This document shows, piece by piece, positions 1-7,180 of a stretch of 37,346 nt of DNA. This DNA is from Candidatus Saccharimonadota bacterium (GTDB taxonomy: Bacteria; Patescibacteriota; Saccharimonadia; Saccharimonadales; Saccharimonadaceae): NCBI GenBank assembly GCA_017964115.1, contig JAGCSL010000090.1, forward strand, positions 1 through 37,346, in the 5' to 3' direction. Below the pieces are notes generated by a model. The model did not search any database. It was given only the letters and a program-made list of their open reading frames with translations, and was not told where the DNA came from. A program made the position numbers and the translations under genes. How positions within the stretch are numbered: position 1 is the stretch's first letter; every line of letters starts with the position of its first letter.

Positions 1-1
1 G

Positions 2-1579
2 AAATACATTTTTGTTACAGGGGGCGTGATTTCTGGTGTCGGGAAGGGAATCATGGCAGCAAGTATCGGCGCAATTCTAAAAGCAAAGGGTCTGAAAGTT
101 TCGATGCAGAAATGTGACCCTTATTTTAATGTGGATGCAGGGCTATTAAATCCACGTGAGCACGGAGAATGCTTCGTGACACATGATGGGGCCGAAACTG
201 ATCTCGATTTGGGGCATTATGAGAGGTTCCTCGATGAAGAGATGACGGGCGACTCGATTTGGACATCGGGCAAGTTGTATAAAAAATTGATTGATGCGGA
301 ACGAGCGGGGGAGTTTGGCGGCAAGACAGTACAATTGGTACCTCATGTAACTGGCTTGGTGCAGCAAACTTTCCTCGATAACGCAGCGCATTTTAAATCT
401 GATGTACATATTGTAGAAATCGGTGGTACGATTGGCGATTTGGAAGGTTCACATTTTGTTGAGGCAATTCGTGAATTCGGTTCTAGAGTTGGACGCGAAA
501 ACGTATTGTATGTTCATGTTTGTTATGTGCCATGGCTATCGACTTCACAGGAGTTTAAGACGAAGCCGGCGCAAAATTCATTACGTGATCTGCGTGAATT
601 TGGCATTATTCCAGATATGGTAGTGGCGCGTATGGATGTTGACCGGGTAATTAAGGCACCACAAGTGGCGGCAAAGTTAGCAACCTTCTGTGCAGTTTCG
701 GAAGATGCAGTAGTATTGATGCCGGATGCAAAATCGGTTTATGAAGTGCCTTTGAATGCGGTAAAAGGCGGTGTGTTGGCGCCACTAGAACGCTTTATTG
801 ACCATGGCGATCCAGATATGACGCAATGGGAAGAATTGGTGAAGAAGATAGAATCAAAACCACACAGAGAGACGAAGATTGGTTTAGTGGCGAAATATAT
901 CGATAATACGGATACTTATTTGTCAGTAACAGAGGCCTTGAAGGCGGCCGCCTGGAAAGTGGGAGTGAAGTTAAATACAGTATGGATCGATGCGGAAAAG
1001 GCGACTGAAGAAGATTTTGCAGGCGTGGATGGTATCGTAGTGCCGGGTGGATTTGGAATTCGAGGTATAGAAGGTAAGATTGCGGCTGGTAAATATTGCT
1101 TAGAGCACAATAAACCATATTTGGGACTCTGTCTGGGTCTTCAAACGGCAGTGATTGCGGCAGCACGTAAAGGCGGCGTAAAGGGTGCAAATTCGGAAGA
1201 ATTTGATGCGCCAGCGAATGCGAATGTGGTTTACATTATGGAAGGTCAGAAGGGCAAAGAAAGTACTGGCGGTACCATGCGTTTGGGTGATTACCCAGCA
1301 AAACTGGTGAAAGGAAGCAAAATTGCAGAACTTTACGGAACGGAAAACGTGATAGAACGTCACCGTCACCGCTATGAGGTAAATCAGAAGTTTTTGAAAG
1401 AAATAAAAGAGGGCGGGTTGGTAGTTTCGGGGACTTCGCCAGATGGAAAGTTGGTAGAGTTTGTCGAAGCGCCGAATTGTGACTATTTCGTAGCAACACA
1501 GGCGCACCCAGAGTTTAAGAGTCGACCATATCGGGCGCATCCACTATTTGAAGGATTATTGCGCGCGGCAAGTAAATAA
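2..1579 (+). CDS. pyrG: CTP synthase (5' end cut by window edge; frame runs from nt 2)
   Basis: Frame is open from nt 2 (KYIFVTGGVISGVGKG synthetase N-terminus). C-terminal glutamine amidotransferase motifs GLCLGLQ and HRHRYEVN. TAA stop at 1577-1579. Confidence 0.95.
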   Translation, partial: KYIFVTGGVISGVGKGIMAASIGAILKAKGLKVSMQKCDPYFNVDAGLLNPREHGECFVTHDGAETDLDLGHYERFLDEEMTGDSIWTSGKLYKKLIDAERAGEFGGKTVQLVPHVTGLVQQTFLDNAAHFKSDVHIVEIGGTIGDLEGSHFVEAIREFGSRVGRENVLYVHVCYVPWLSTSQEFKTKPAQNSLRDLREFGIIPDMVVARMDVDRVIKAPQVAAKLATFCAVSEDAVVLMPDAKSVYEVPLNAVKGGVLAPLERFIDHGDPDMTQWEELVKKIESKPHRETKIGLVAKYIDNTDTYLSVTEALKAAAWKVGVKLNTVWIDAEKATEEDFAGVDGIVVPGGFGIRGIEGKIAAGKYCLEHNKPYLGLCLGLQTAVIAAARKGGVKGANSEEFDAPANANVVYIMEGQKGKESTGGTMRLGDYPAKLVKGSKIAELYGTENVIERHRHRYEVNQKFLKEIKEGGLVVSGTSPDGKLVEFVEAPNCDYFVATQAHPEFKSRPYRAHPLFEGLLRAASK

Positions 1580-1599
1580 TTTCTAAAAAAATGAGCATG

Positions 1600-1629
1600 A
1601 AAAAAGGGCGGTCAGTAAACTGGCCGCCC
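1600..1629 (-). terminator. Intrinsic terminator of the 1750-2259 gene (also lies just 3' of pyrG)
   Basis: 10-bp stem GGGCGGTCAG (1606-1615)/CTGGCCGCCC (1620-1629, one G-U) with TAAA loop. The A-run 1600-1605 gives a U-tract on the minus strand only. Confidence 0.7.
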
Positions 1630-1632
1630 TGC

Positions 1633-1743
1633 GCTCTCTCCTCCTTCTGAGAGAGCTAAGCCCCTGGTGGCATCAGGGATGGTCTACTTTTGTCGGCAGA
1701 CCGTCAGGAGGATTACAACGGGTTTGTTAGGCCCGATTGTAAT
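1633..1743 (-). other. Four further stem-loops between the stop codon (1750) and the terminator; structured 3' UTR or small RNA
   Basis: GCTCTCTC(1633-1640)/GAGAGAGC(1649-1656); CCCTG(1662-1666)/CAGGG(1674-1678); GGTCT(1681-1685)/AGACC(1698-1702); ATTACAA+CGGG(1712-1722)/CCCG+a+TTGTAAT(1732-1743). Confidence 0.4.
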
Positions 1744-1749
1744 TTAACG

Positions 1750-2259
1750 TTAGATGGAGGCTGTGGCGTATTCAAAGTCCTCCATTTCGACGTCGTCCTC
1801 ACTGGCGGCTGCCAGCTCCTCGATCTCTTCTTCGAGGGCAGCATTCCGGTGCGGGGCACGAGTCTTATTGGTATGCTTCAGTCGCTCGGCCGCACGCTGG
1901 TTTTCGCCAATCTGGCGGACGATTTCCTGAAGGTGCTTTCTGCCAGTCTGGTCAAGGCCAACATCGTGCAGGCGCTGGATCATTTTGTCGAGTGCTTCCT
2001 GAGCGCGGGCGGTCACCTTGTCCGAATGTTCGGCGCGGCGAGCAGCCTTGATGTAGTCGTTGACGAGACACAGGTTATCGAGGACCATGGCTCTTTCGGT
2101 CAAGCCGCTGTGTTTGGGGTCGAGGCCCCTGGCGGTAAGAGTGCGGCTCAGACAGTTGAGCCGGCGCTTCTCCTCCTTGGGGAGACTTGCCTTGCCGGCG
2201 AGTTCTTTGAATTCGTGAGCAAGCTTGACGGACGCAGGTGCCTTACGTGTTTTGGACAT
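1750..2259 (-). CDS. Hypothetical GC-rich, helical, highly charged protein (169 aa) with acidic C-terminal tail
   Basis: ORF track gives 1750-2265 with a TTG first codon. ATG 2259 is preferred because GGAGG (2272-2268) lies 8 nt upstream. The gene has its own promoter and terminator. No family recognised. Confidence 0.7.
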   Translation of the reverse strand: MSKTRKAPASVKLAHEFKELAGKASLPKEEKRRLNCLSRTLTARGLDPKHSGLTERAMVLDNLCLVNDYIKAARRAEHSDKVTARAQEALDKMIQRLHDVGLDQTGRKHLQEIVRQIGENQRAAERLKHTNKTRAPHRNAALEEEIEELAAASEDDVEMEDFEYATASI

Positions 2260-2389
2260 ACACAATTCCTCCTTTTATGTGAATGTGCGATGCACGGGTG
2301 CATAAAAAGATAAAACTTGGAACTTGGGAAGCTCCTAAAGTTTATCTGTAACTACTTTCACCAAAATACATAGCTCTGTAGCTGTCTAT

Positions 2390-2418
2390 ACTATATCAAA
2401 ATTATTATGTTTTGTCAA
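2390..2418 (-). promoter_or_regulatory. Near-consensus sigma70-type promoter for the 1750-2259 gene
   Basis: Minus strand reads TTGACA (2418-2413) - 17 nt - TGa-TATAGT (-10 at 2395-2390). This predicts a ~125-nt 5' UTR. Confidence 0.6.
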
Positions 2419-2425
2419 GAGTTTA

Positions 2426-2455
2426 TTTGAAACAGGGGTAAAATGATGGTAAAAT
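2426..2455 (+). promoter_or_regulatory. Promoter for argS (extended -10)
   Basis: TTTGAA (2426-2431) - 18 nt - TGg-TAAAAT (2450-2455). A second TAAAAT lies at 2439-2444. Confidence 0.5.
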
Positions 2456-4147
2456 ATGGATATTATGGACAATCTGAAGGAACAAATCAAAGGAGTTATC
2501 AACGATTTATATGGCGTTGATGATGTGACTGTTGATTTTGCGAGCGTGCCGAGCGAAATTGAGGGTGACTATTCGACGAACGTGGCGATGCGTCTTGCGC
2601 GTCAGGCCGGTAAAGCTCCCCGTCAGATTGCCGAAGAAATTATTGAAAAACTAGGAAATAGTGGCTTTGGTTTCTCAATTGCCGGTCCAGGCTTTATTAA
2701 TGTAGTCGTATCTGGAAAATCTCTACAGAGGCAACTCGACGAAGTTTGGTCGGATGATTACGGAAATAACGATTCTGGCAAGGGGCGCTTGGCGATTTCG
2801 GAGTTCCCGAGCACAAATATTGCGAAACCATATTCAGTGGGGCATTTGCGCCCAGGTACGCAAGGTTGGGCGGCCAAAAAGGTGTTGGAAGCGAACGGCT
2901 GGAAGGTCCTGACGGACAATCATTTAGGTGACGTAGGTACGCCTTTTGGGATTTGGGCAGTAGGTTTTATGCGTTCTGGTCTCGATATTGAGGAAGTTAC
3001 GGTTTACGATTTGGGCGATATCTATATTAAGATGAAAGCCGATTTAAAGGCGGAAGAGAAAGTTGGAAAGCACGAATTGGCCGATGAGGTCCAAGAATGG
3101 CTAAAAAAGCTAGAAGCAAAAGATGCCGACGCAGTAAAGCTGTCAAAACATTTTGGCGAAATATCCTTAAAACATACTCATGAGGTGATGGATCGCTTAG
3201 GAATTTCGACAGATATGGAGATGGGGGAGAGCAACTTTGTGGAACTTGGCAAGAAAATGGTCGAAAAATACGCCGATGAGGGGATTTTTGAGCGAAATGA
3301 AGATGGCTCGGTGATTTGTCGCTTGGATGACTATGGAATTGATGTGCCGATGTTAATGCTGAAGAGTAATGGTACGGCCTTATATGCGACGACAGATTTG
3401 GGCTGTTTAACTTATCGCGACGAAAATATCCATCCAGATAAGATTGTGTATGCGGTGGGCGCGGAGCAGAAGTTCTACTTTGAACAGCTCTTTGCGATGG
3501 CAAAAAAGGTAGGAATCAAGTTTGATAATTATCATCTGGTATTCGGGACGATTGACCAGATTTCGCCAGAGGGGAAGCGTGAGAAAATGTCCTCGCGTAA
3601 GGGTGTGGTTTTGATGGAATCACTGCTTGATGACGCCGAAAAGCGGGTACGCGAGAATTTTGGTGCCGATGTAACAGATGAGGATATTGCGAAAATTGCG
3701 GTGGGGGCAATTAAGTTTTCAGATTTTGTAGCAGATCGCAATACGGGGATTTTGTATGATCCAGATAAGATTTTTGCTTTAACTGGTCAATCGGGGCCGT
3801 TTTGTCAGTATGCGTGCGTGAGGATGCGTCGCATTATGGAAAAAAACGCCGATTTTAAGGCGGTAGGCTTTGATGATTATGATTTTGCAGCCGAGAAAGA
3901 AGTTTTGCAAAAATTATTAGAATTTCCAGAGGTAGTTGCGGAAGCTTGTGAAGATTTTCGCATGCACAAAATTGCTGGTTTTGCCTTTGAATTGGCGCAG
4001 GAACTGAACCGATATTACGAGAAGACGCCGATTTCGTCGGCCGCTGATTCTGAGCGTTCAGCGCGTTTATGGCTGATTAAGCGAGCGGATTTCGTGTTAG
4101 CGCGAGCATTGGATTTGTTAGGAATTGAGATTCCAGAGAAGATGTAG
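2456..4147 (+). CDS. argS: Arginine--tRNA ligase
   Basis: 563-aa class I aaRS with an ArgRS-type HIGH variant (PYSVGHLRPG), an N-terminal additional domain and a C-terminal DALR-type anticodon-binding region ending ...EKM. The in-frame ATG at 2465 is an alternative start because the -10 abuts 2456. Confidence 0.93.
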   Translation: MDIMDNLKEQIKGVINDLYGVDDVTVDFASVPSEIEGDYSTNVAMRLARQAGKAPRQIAEEIIEKLGNSGFGFSIAGPGFINVVVSGKSLQRQLDEVWSDDYGNNDSGKGRLAISEFPSTNIAKPYSVGHLRPGTQGWAAKKVLEANGWKVLTDNHLGDVGTPFGIWAVGFMRSGLDIEEVTVYDLGDIYIKMKADLKAEEKVGKHELADEVQEWLKKLEAKDADAVKLSKHFGEISLKHTHEVMDRLGISTDMEMGESNFVELGKKMVEKYADEGIFERNEDGSVICRLDDYGIDVPMLMLKSNGTALYATTDLGCLTYRDENIHPDKIVYAVGAEQKFYFEQLFAMAKKVGIKFDNYHLVFGTIDQISPEGKREKMSSRKGVVLMESLLDDAEKRVRENFGADVTDEDIAKIAVGAIKFSDFVADRNTGILYDPDKIFALTGQSGPFCQYACVRMRRIMEKNADFKAVGFDDYDFAAEKEVLQKLLEFPEVVAEACEDFRMHKIAGFAFELAQELNRYYEKTPISSAADSERSARLWLIKRADFVLARALDLLGIEIPEKM

Positions 4148-4221
4148 ATTTTTTCTAGCTTTGTGAGTGGATATAAGGTGTTATTTTTGGACTAAACGGG
4201 GGCGGAAGCATAAGCGTGCTA

Positions 4222-4250
4222 TTGACTTTTTGATGAATGTGTGCTATAAT
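4222..4250 (+). promoter_or_regulatory. Near-consensus sigma70-type promoter
   Basis: TTGACT (4222-4227) - 17 nt - TGc-TATAAT (-10 at 4245-4250). Confidence 0.65.
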
Positions 4251-4256
4251 CAACAT

Positions 4257-4453
4257 ATTGCGGTTGAAATATGACTGTAAAGCACGTTAAGTGTGATGAA
4301 AATGCTAAGTTTACCTCTTTTATCGGGTTAGCTTCCTGGACTGGTCACGGACGAGTTTAGAAAGCTAGCCCGAGGAACCGCAAGGATTCTAAGGGAATGG
4401 CGGAGTCAAGATTCGCACCCTTGGAGAAGGTGCGGGAAACGGAGGTAGATAAT
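4257..4453 (+). promoter_or_regulatory. Long structured 5' leader (candidate cis-regulatory RNA or sRNA) upstream of the 4454 gene
   Basis: Closing helix TTGCGGTT(4258-4265)/AACCGCAA(4376-4383). 12-bp helix TCGGGTTAGCTT(4323-4334)/AAGCTAGCCCGA(4362-4373). Hairpin CGCACC(4414-4419)/GGTGCG(4429-4434) sits 6 nt before the SD GGAGG (4441-4445). Confidence 0.45.
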
Positions 4454-4942
4454 ATGACTCACTATCCTAATATCGCAGCAGCACAGATTGCTGACGCAAC
4501 CAGAAGCATCGTCAAAAGAGGAGGCCATGTCGTTGATCTGGAAGACCACGATATGCGTCGTCTCGTAGAGATCCTGGAAGATCATCACCAGAGTTCAGAG
4601 CTGTGTCACATGCACGACCTGCCGACTACGGCTATCGATGAACTGGCAGCAGAAGAACTCGCGGAGCTTACCGGTAAACCGAACTATCTGGCGCATTTCG
4701 CTCGTGTTCGTGCGGAGGAATCTGAGTGCCTGAGGGCGCTGACGGATATCCTCGGAGCCAACACTGAGACGGAAAGGCAGCAGATCATCGCCTTCTACAG
4801 CGAAGGGGCATACCCGAGCTTGAAGCAGCTGATACAGACCGCAACATTTGCGGCAGCAGTTGCAGGCGATTATCAGACGGCCTACGAGCTTGTCCAGGGT
4901 GTTCGTGCTACGCCGGAGCTGCACTCGCTGTTTGTTGCATAA
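4454..4942 (+). CDS. Hypothetical GC-rich acidic/helical protein (162 aa)
   Basis: ORF track gives 4397-4942. ATG 4454 is preferred because GGAGG lies 8 nt upstream, and ATG 4397 falls inside the predicted leader. No family recognised. Confidence 0.65.
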   Translation: MTHYPNIAAAQIADATRSIVKRGGHVVDLEDHDMRRLVEILEDHHQSSELCHMHDLPTTAIDELAAEELAELTGKPNYLAHFARVRAEESECLRALTDILGANTETERQQIIAFYSEGAYPSLKQLIQTATFAAAVAGDYQTAYELVQGVRATPELHSLFVA

Positions 4943-4977
4943 TTGCTCATACGCATTTAGCCACCACACAAAAACCA

Positions 4978-5014
4978 GGGTCCACATCGCAAGGTGTGGG
5001 CCCGCTTCCATTTT
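4978..5014 (+). terminator. Stem-loop 3' of the 4454-4942 gene
   Basis: 9-bp stem GGGTCCACA(4978-4986)/TGTGGGCCC(4995-5003, one G-U). The T-run comes only at 5011-5014. A second, weaker hairpin plus T-run lies at 5033-5054. Confidence 0.45.
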
Positions 5015-5063
5015 ATGGGGGGACATCAAAAAACGACCGCGAGGCCGTATTTTTAAAGCAAAG

Positions 5064-5100
5064 AAAAAAGCCCCCAGTGATCATGTAATCGGTGGGGGCT
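5064..5100 (-). terminator. Intrinsic terminator of the 5111-5761 gene
   Basis: 8-bp stem AGCCCCCA(5069-5076)/TGGGGGCT(5093-5100). The upstream A-run (5064-5069) is the U-tract on the minus strand. Confidence 0.65.
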
Positions 5101-5110
5101 TATAAAGTCA

Positions 5111-5761
5111 TCAGGAAAGTTGAACTGGGGTGCGCAGTGCGCGCTGAAGCATGCGCTCATGGCGGCCGGCAATTGCGTAGATAAGGATCGCCTCAGCCTC
5201 GTTCGAGGGATATTTCCCAAAGCGGCTATCGTCTGGGATGGTGTCCACAGCTTTTTCCTTCAAGACTTTGTCCTTTGCGCCACTCACGGAGTTGAGCGCC
5301 GCAAAAGAGTACATGCAGTATGCGAGCATTTGCAGAGAAATATCGCGGTCGGCGTGGCTGTTATACCAGCCGCCGATGATAGTGCCGCGTTCGCAGGTGC
5401 ATGCGATTAGTGAAATGTTGTCGGTTGCCTGTTCTACGAGACACTTGTTGGTGTGTCTCGCGCGAGCGGGTGCGGACTTGGCGAAAGCATTGAGTCGCTC
5501 ATGCAGCTCTTTGCCTGCCGTGTCGTTAGCTACGTCGGGGCTCAAGTTGGAGTTATCCCCCTCGAGCATCCCGTAGAAGAGTGACCTGACACGACCTTTT
5601 TTGTCAACTAGTCTGAAGTCGTACAGATCGGTACTGTGGGCGTGTTTCTTTACATAGAAACTTTCCACAACGAAGTTCTCCAGAATCGCATACCCACAGA
5701 TAGAGGGGATTTCATTTATTCCTCTGATCCTAGAGAACTCGAACACGTTTGCTTTTGTCAC
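5111..5761 (-). CDS. Hypothetical GC-rich protein (216 aa), GTG start
   Basis: ORF track. GTG at 5761 is preceded by a G-rich SD-like run (gaagggggg). The gene has its own promoter and terminator. No family recognised. Confidence 0.65.
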   Translation of the reverse strand: MTKANVFEFSRIRGINEIPSICGYAILENFVVESFYVKKHAHSTDLYDFRLVDKKGRVRSLFYGMLEGDNSNLSPDVANDTAGKELHERLNAFAKSAPARARHTNKCLVEQATDNISLIACTCERGTIIGGWYNSHADRDISLQMLAYCMYSFAALNSVSGAKDKVLKEKAVDTIPDDSRFGKYPSNEAEAILIYAIAGRHERMLQRALRTPVQLS

Positions 5762-5852
5762 GGAGCATCAACCCCCCTTCTTCCTTTCCTTGACTTTTTT
5801 AACGAACGTTGTTTATAGATACAAAAACTTTAGCGGATTACCGCGTAAGTAA

Positions 5853-5881
5853 ATTTTAGCATAGTTTGTTTAATTTGTCAA
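5853..5881 (-). promoter_or_regulatory. Near-consensus promoter for the 5111-5761 gene
   Basis: Minus strand reads TTGACA (5881-5876) - 17 nt - TGc-TAAAAT (-10 at 5858-5853). This predicts a ~85-nt 5' UTR. Confidence 0.6.
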
Positions 5882-5903
5882 TGCTTATTAGGTGTGATAT
5901 AGT
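5875..5903 (+). promoter_or_regulatory. Promoter for mscL
   Basis: TTGTCA (5875-5880) - 17 nt - TGa-TATAGT (5898-5903). SD aagagga lies upstream of ATG 5929. Confidence 0.6.
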
Positions 5904-5928
5904 TAAACTAAGTTAAAAGAGGAATAGT

Positions 5929-6303
5929 ATGGCTGAAGAAAAATCAAAGCACAAAGAATTAGCAAAAGCTGGCCTTGGTAAAGTAAAAGGCGCGAGCAGT
6001 GGATTTATGACTTTTATTAAAGAGCAGAACGTAGTTGGTCTCGCTGTGGGTTTAGTACTTGGTGCCGCCGCTAGTGCATTGGTTAACTCTTTGATTAACA
6101 ATGTAATTATGCCACCTCTTGGCTTCCTATTGGGTAGCGCTGAAGGTATTCGTGGCCTAGCTTTTACGATGGGCACTACTCCATCTGGTGAAGTTGCCGT
6201 GTTGCATTATGGCGAATTTATCAACGATTTAATTAACTTCTTGGTCTTAGCCTTGGTTATTTACTTTGTCGTGAAGGCTTTGAAGCTTGATATCAAGAAA
6301 TAA
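5929..6303 (+). CDS. mscL: Large-conductance mechanosensitive channel
   Basis: 124 aa. TM1 signature FIKEQNVVGLAVGLVLGAA, then NNVIMPPLG and a second TM helix. Lys-rich N-terminal extension of ~25 aa. Confidence 0.9.
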   Translation: MAEEKSKHKELAKAGLGKVKGASSGFMTFIKEQNVVGLAVGLVLGAAASALVNSLINNVIMPPLGFLLGSAEGIRGLAFTMGTTPSGEVAVLHYGEFINDLINFLVLALVIYFVVKALKLDIKK

Positions 6304-6306
6304 TCG

Positions 6307-6843
6307 ATGACGAAAGCTGCGGAAAAAGCTACCTTGTTGTGGGTAGATTTGGAGATGACGGGATTGTCGCCAGAAGTGGATAAGATTCTCGAGGTGGCGG
6401 CAATTGCGACGGACTGGGACTTGAATGAGCTTGATACTTTTACGGCGGTCGTAAAATGCGATGAGAAACTGATGCGAGAGCGCATGGTGGGTGAGTTCTG
6501 GGAGAAGAATAAGGAATCTTTTGATGCTTTGATGGCGCAAAATGCCGACGGGGCGGCGCCAGAGATGGTTGAAAAAGAGCTATTAAAATTCTTGAAAAAG
6601 AATTTTGGCGACGAGGTTTATTTGGCGGGAAATTCAATTCATCAGGATCGCAAGTTTATCGAGCGTGAATGGCCAAAATTGAATGCAAAATTACATTACC
6701 GGATGCTAGATGTGAGTGCGTGGAAAATATATTTCGAAAATGCCTTGCATCGGAGTTTTGCGAAGCCGGAAAATCATCGCGCATTAGACGATATTCGCGG
6801 AAGTATTGAGGAGTTGAAATGGTATCGGAAGATGATATCGTAA
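6307..6843 (+). CDS. orn: Oligoribonuclease (DEDDh 3'-5' exonuclease)
   Basis: LLWVDLEMTGL (Exo I), LAGNSIHQDRKFI (Exo II), HRALDDIRGSIEEL (Exo III). Confidence 0.88.
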   Translation: MTKAAEKATLLWVDLEMTGLSPEVDKILEVAAIATDWDLNELDTFTAVVKCDEKLMRERMVGEFWEKNKESFDALMAQNADGAAPEMVEKELLKFLKKNFGDEVYLAGNSIHQDRKFIEREWPKLNAKLHYRMLDVSAWKIYFENALHRSFAKPENHRALDDIRGSIEELKWYRKMIS

Positions 6844-7139
6844 AATATGCCTTGGGACTAGCGGATGTTTCGGAACGACGCGATGGTGCGCTGCGGATTT
6901 TTACGCGGGGCGAAAAGATATTTTTAGTTATCGAGACCGGCACGGATCCGCTAAGGATAGAAACGCGTTGCGACCGTAGACTAAGCAAAACTTTGCAAGA
7001 GCAGTACGAAAGCGTAATGGAAAGTCGTGCGTTGGGACGCAATGGAATTGAAATTATCTGTAGTGGGCAATTGACAGACGATGAAGTTGTAGATTTAGTG
7101 CGACACAGTTACGAGATTTCTGGACCAGAAGCAGAATAA
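6819..7139 (+). CDS. MmcQ/YjbR-family-like small protein
   Basis: 106 aa. The pattern F..GEKIF......DPLRIETRCD......L...YESV and the C-terminal D.EV..LV..SY resemble YjbR. Overlaps the orn 3' end by 25 nt. Confidence 0.5.
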   Translation: MVSEDDIVKYALGLADVSERRDGALRIFTRGEKIFLVIETGTDPLRIETRCDRRLSKTLQEQYESVMESRALGRNGIEIICSGQLTDDEVVDLVRHSYEISGPEAE

Positions 7140-7170
7140 AAATATCTCCCCGATGGGGAGATATTTTTTT
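7137..7170. terminator. Bidirectional intrinsic terminator between convergent genes
   Basis: 10-bp stem ATATCTCCCC(7142-7151)/GGGGAGATAT(7155-7164) with GAT loop, flanked by an A-run and a T-run. Confidence 0.8.
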
Positions 7171-7180
7171 GTGGTCTGAA

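Noticed and set aside
1690-2313. 207-aa plus-strand ORF opposite the 1750-2259 gene
   Set aside because: It is a shadow ORF of a GC-rich region. Its sequence is Cys/Gly/Leu-rich and nonsense-like, with no RBS or promoter. The minus-strand ORF has GGAGG-N8-ATG, a consensus promoter, and a terminator whose U-tract exists only on the minus strand.
795-3741. Multiple antisense or alternate-frame ORFs inside pyrG and argS (e.g. 795-1190, 1100-1540, 3027-3503)
   Set aside because: They lie wholly within well-supported conserved genes. Their composition is low-complexity Pro/Ser/Leu-rich, typical of non-coding frames.
4258-4383. Known structured RNA (SRP/4.5S, tmRNA, RNase P, 6S, T-box) in the long leader; likewise for 1600-1743
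   Set aside because: None of the conserved motifs I know are present. These include the SRP GGAA tetraloop/AGCA loops, the tmRNA tag ORF, the RNase P GAGGAAAGUCC, and the T-box sequence. The leader is therefore left as an unknown candidate.
5120-5576. 96-aa and 112-aa plus-strand ORFs inside the 5111-5761 gene
   Set aside because: They are antisense shadows in GC-rich DNA with no start signals. The promoter and terminator orientation supports the minus-strand gene.
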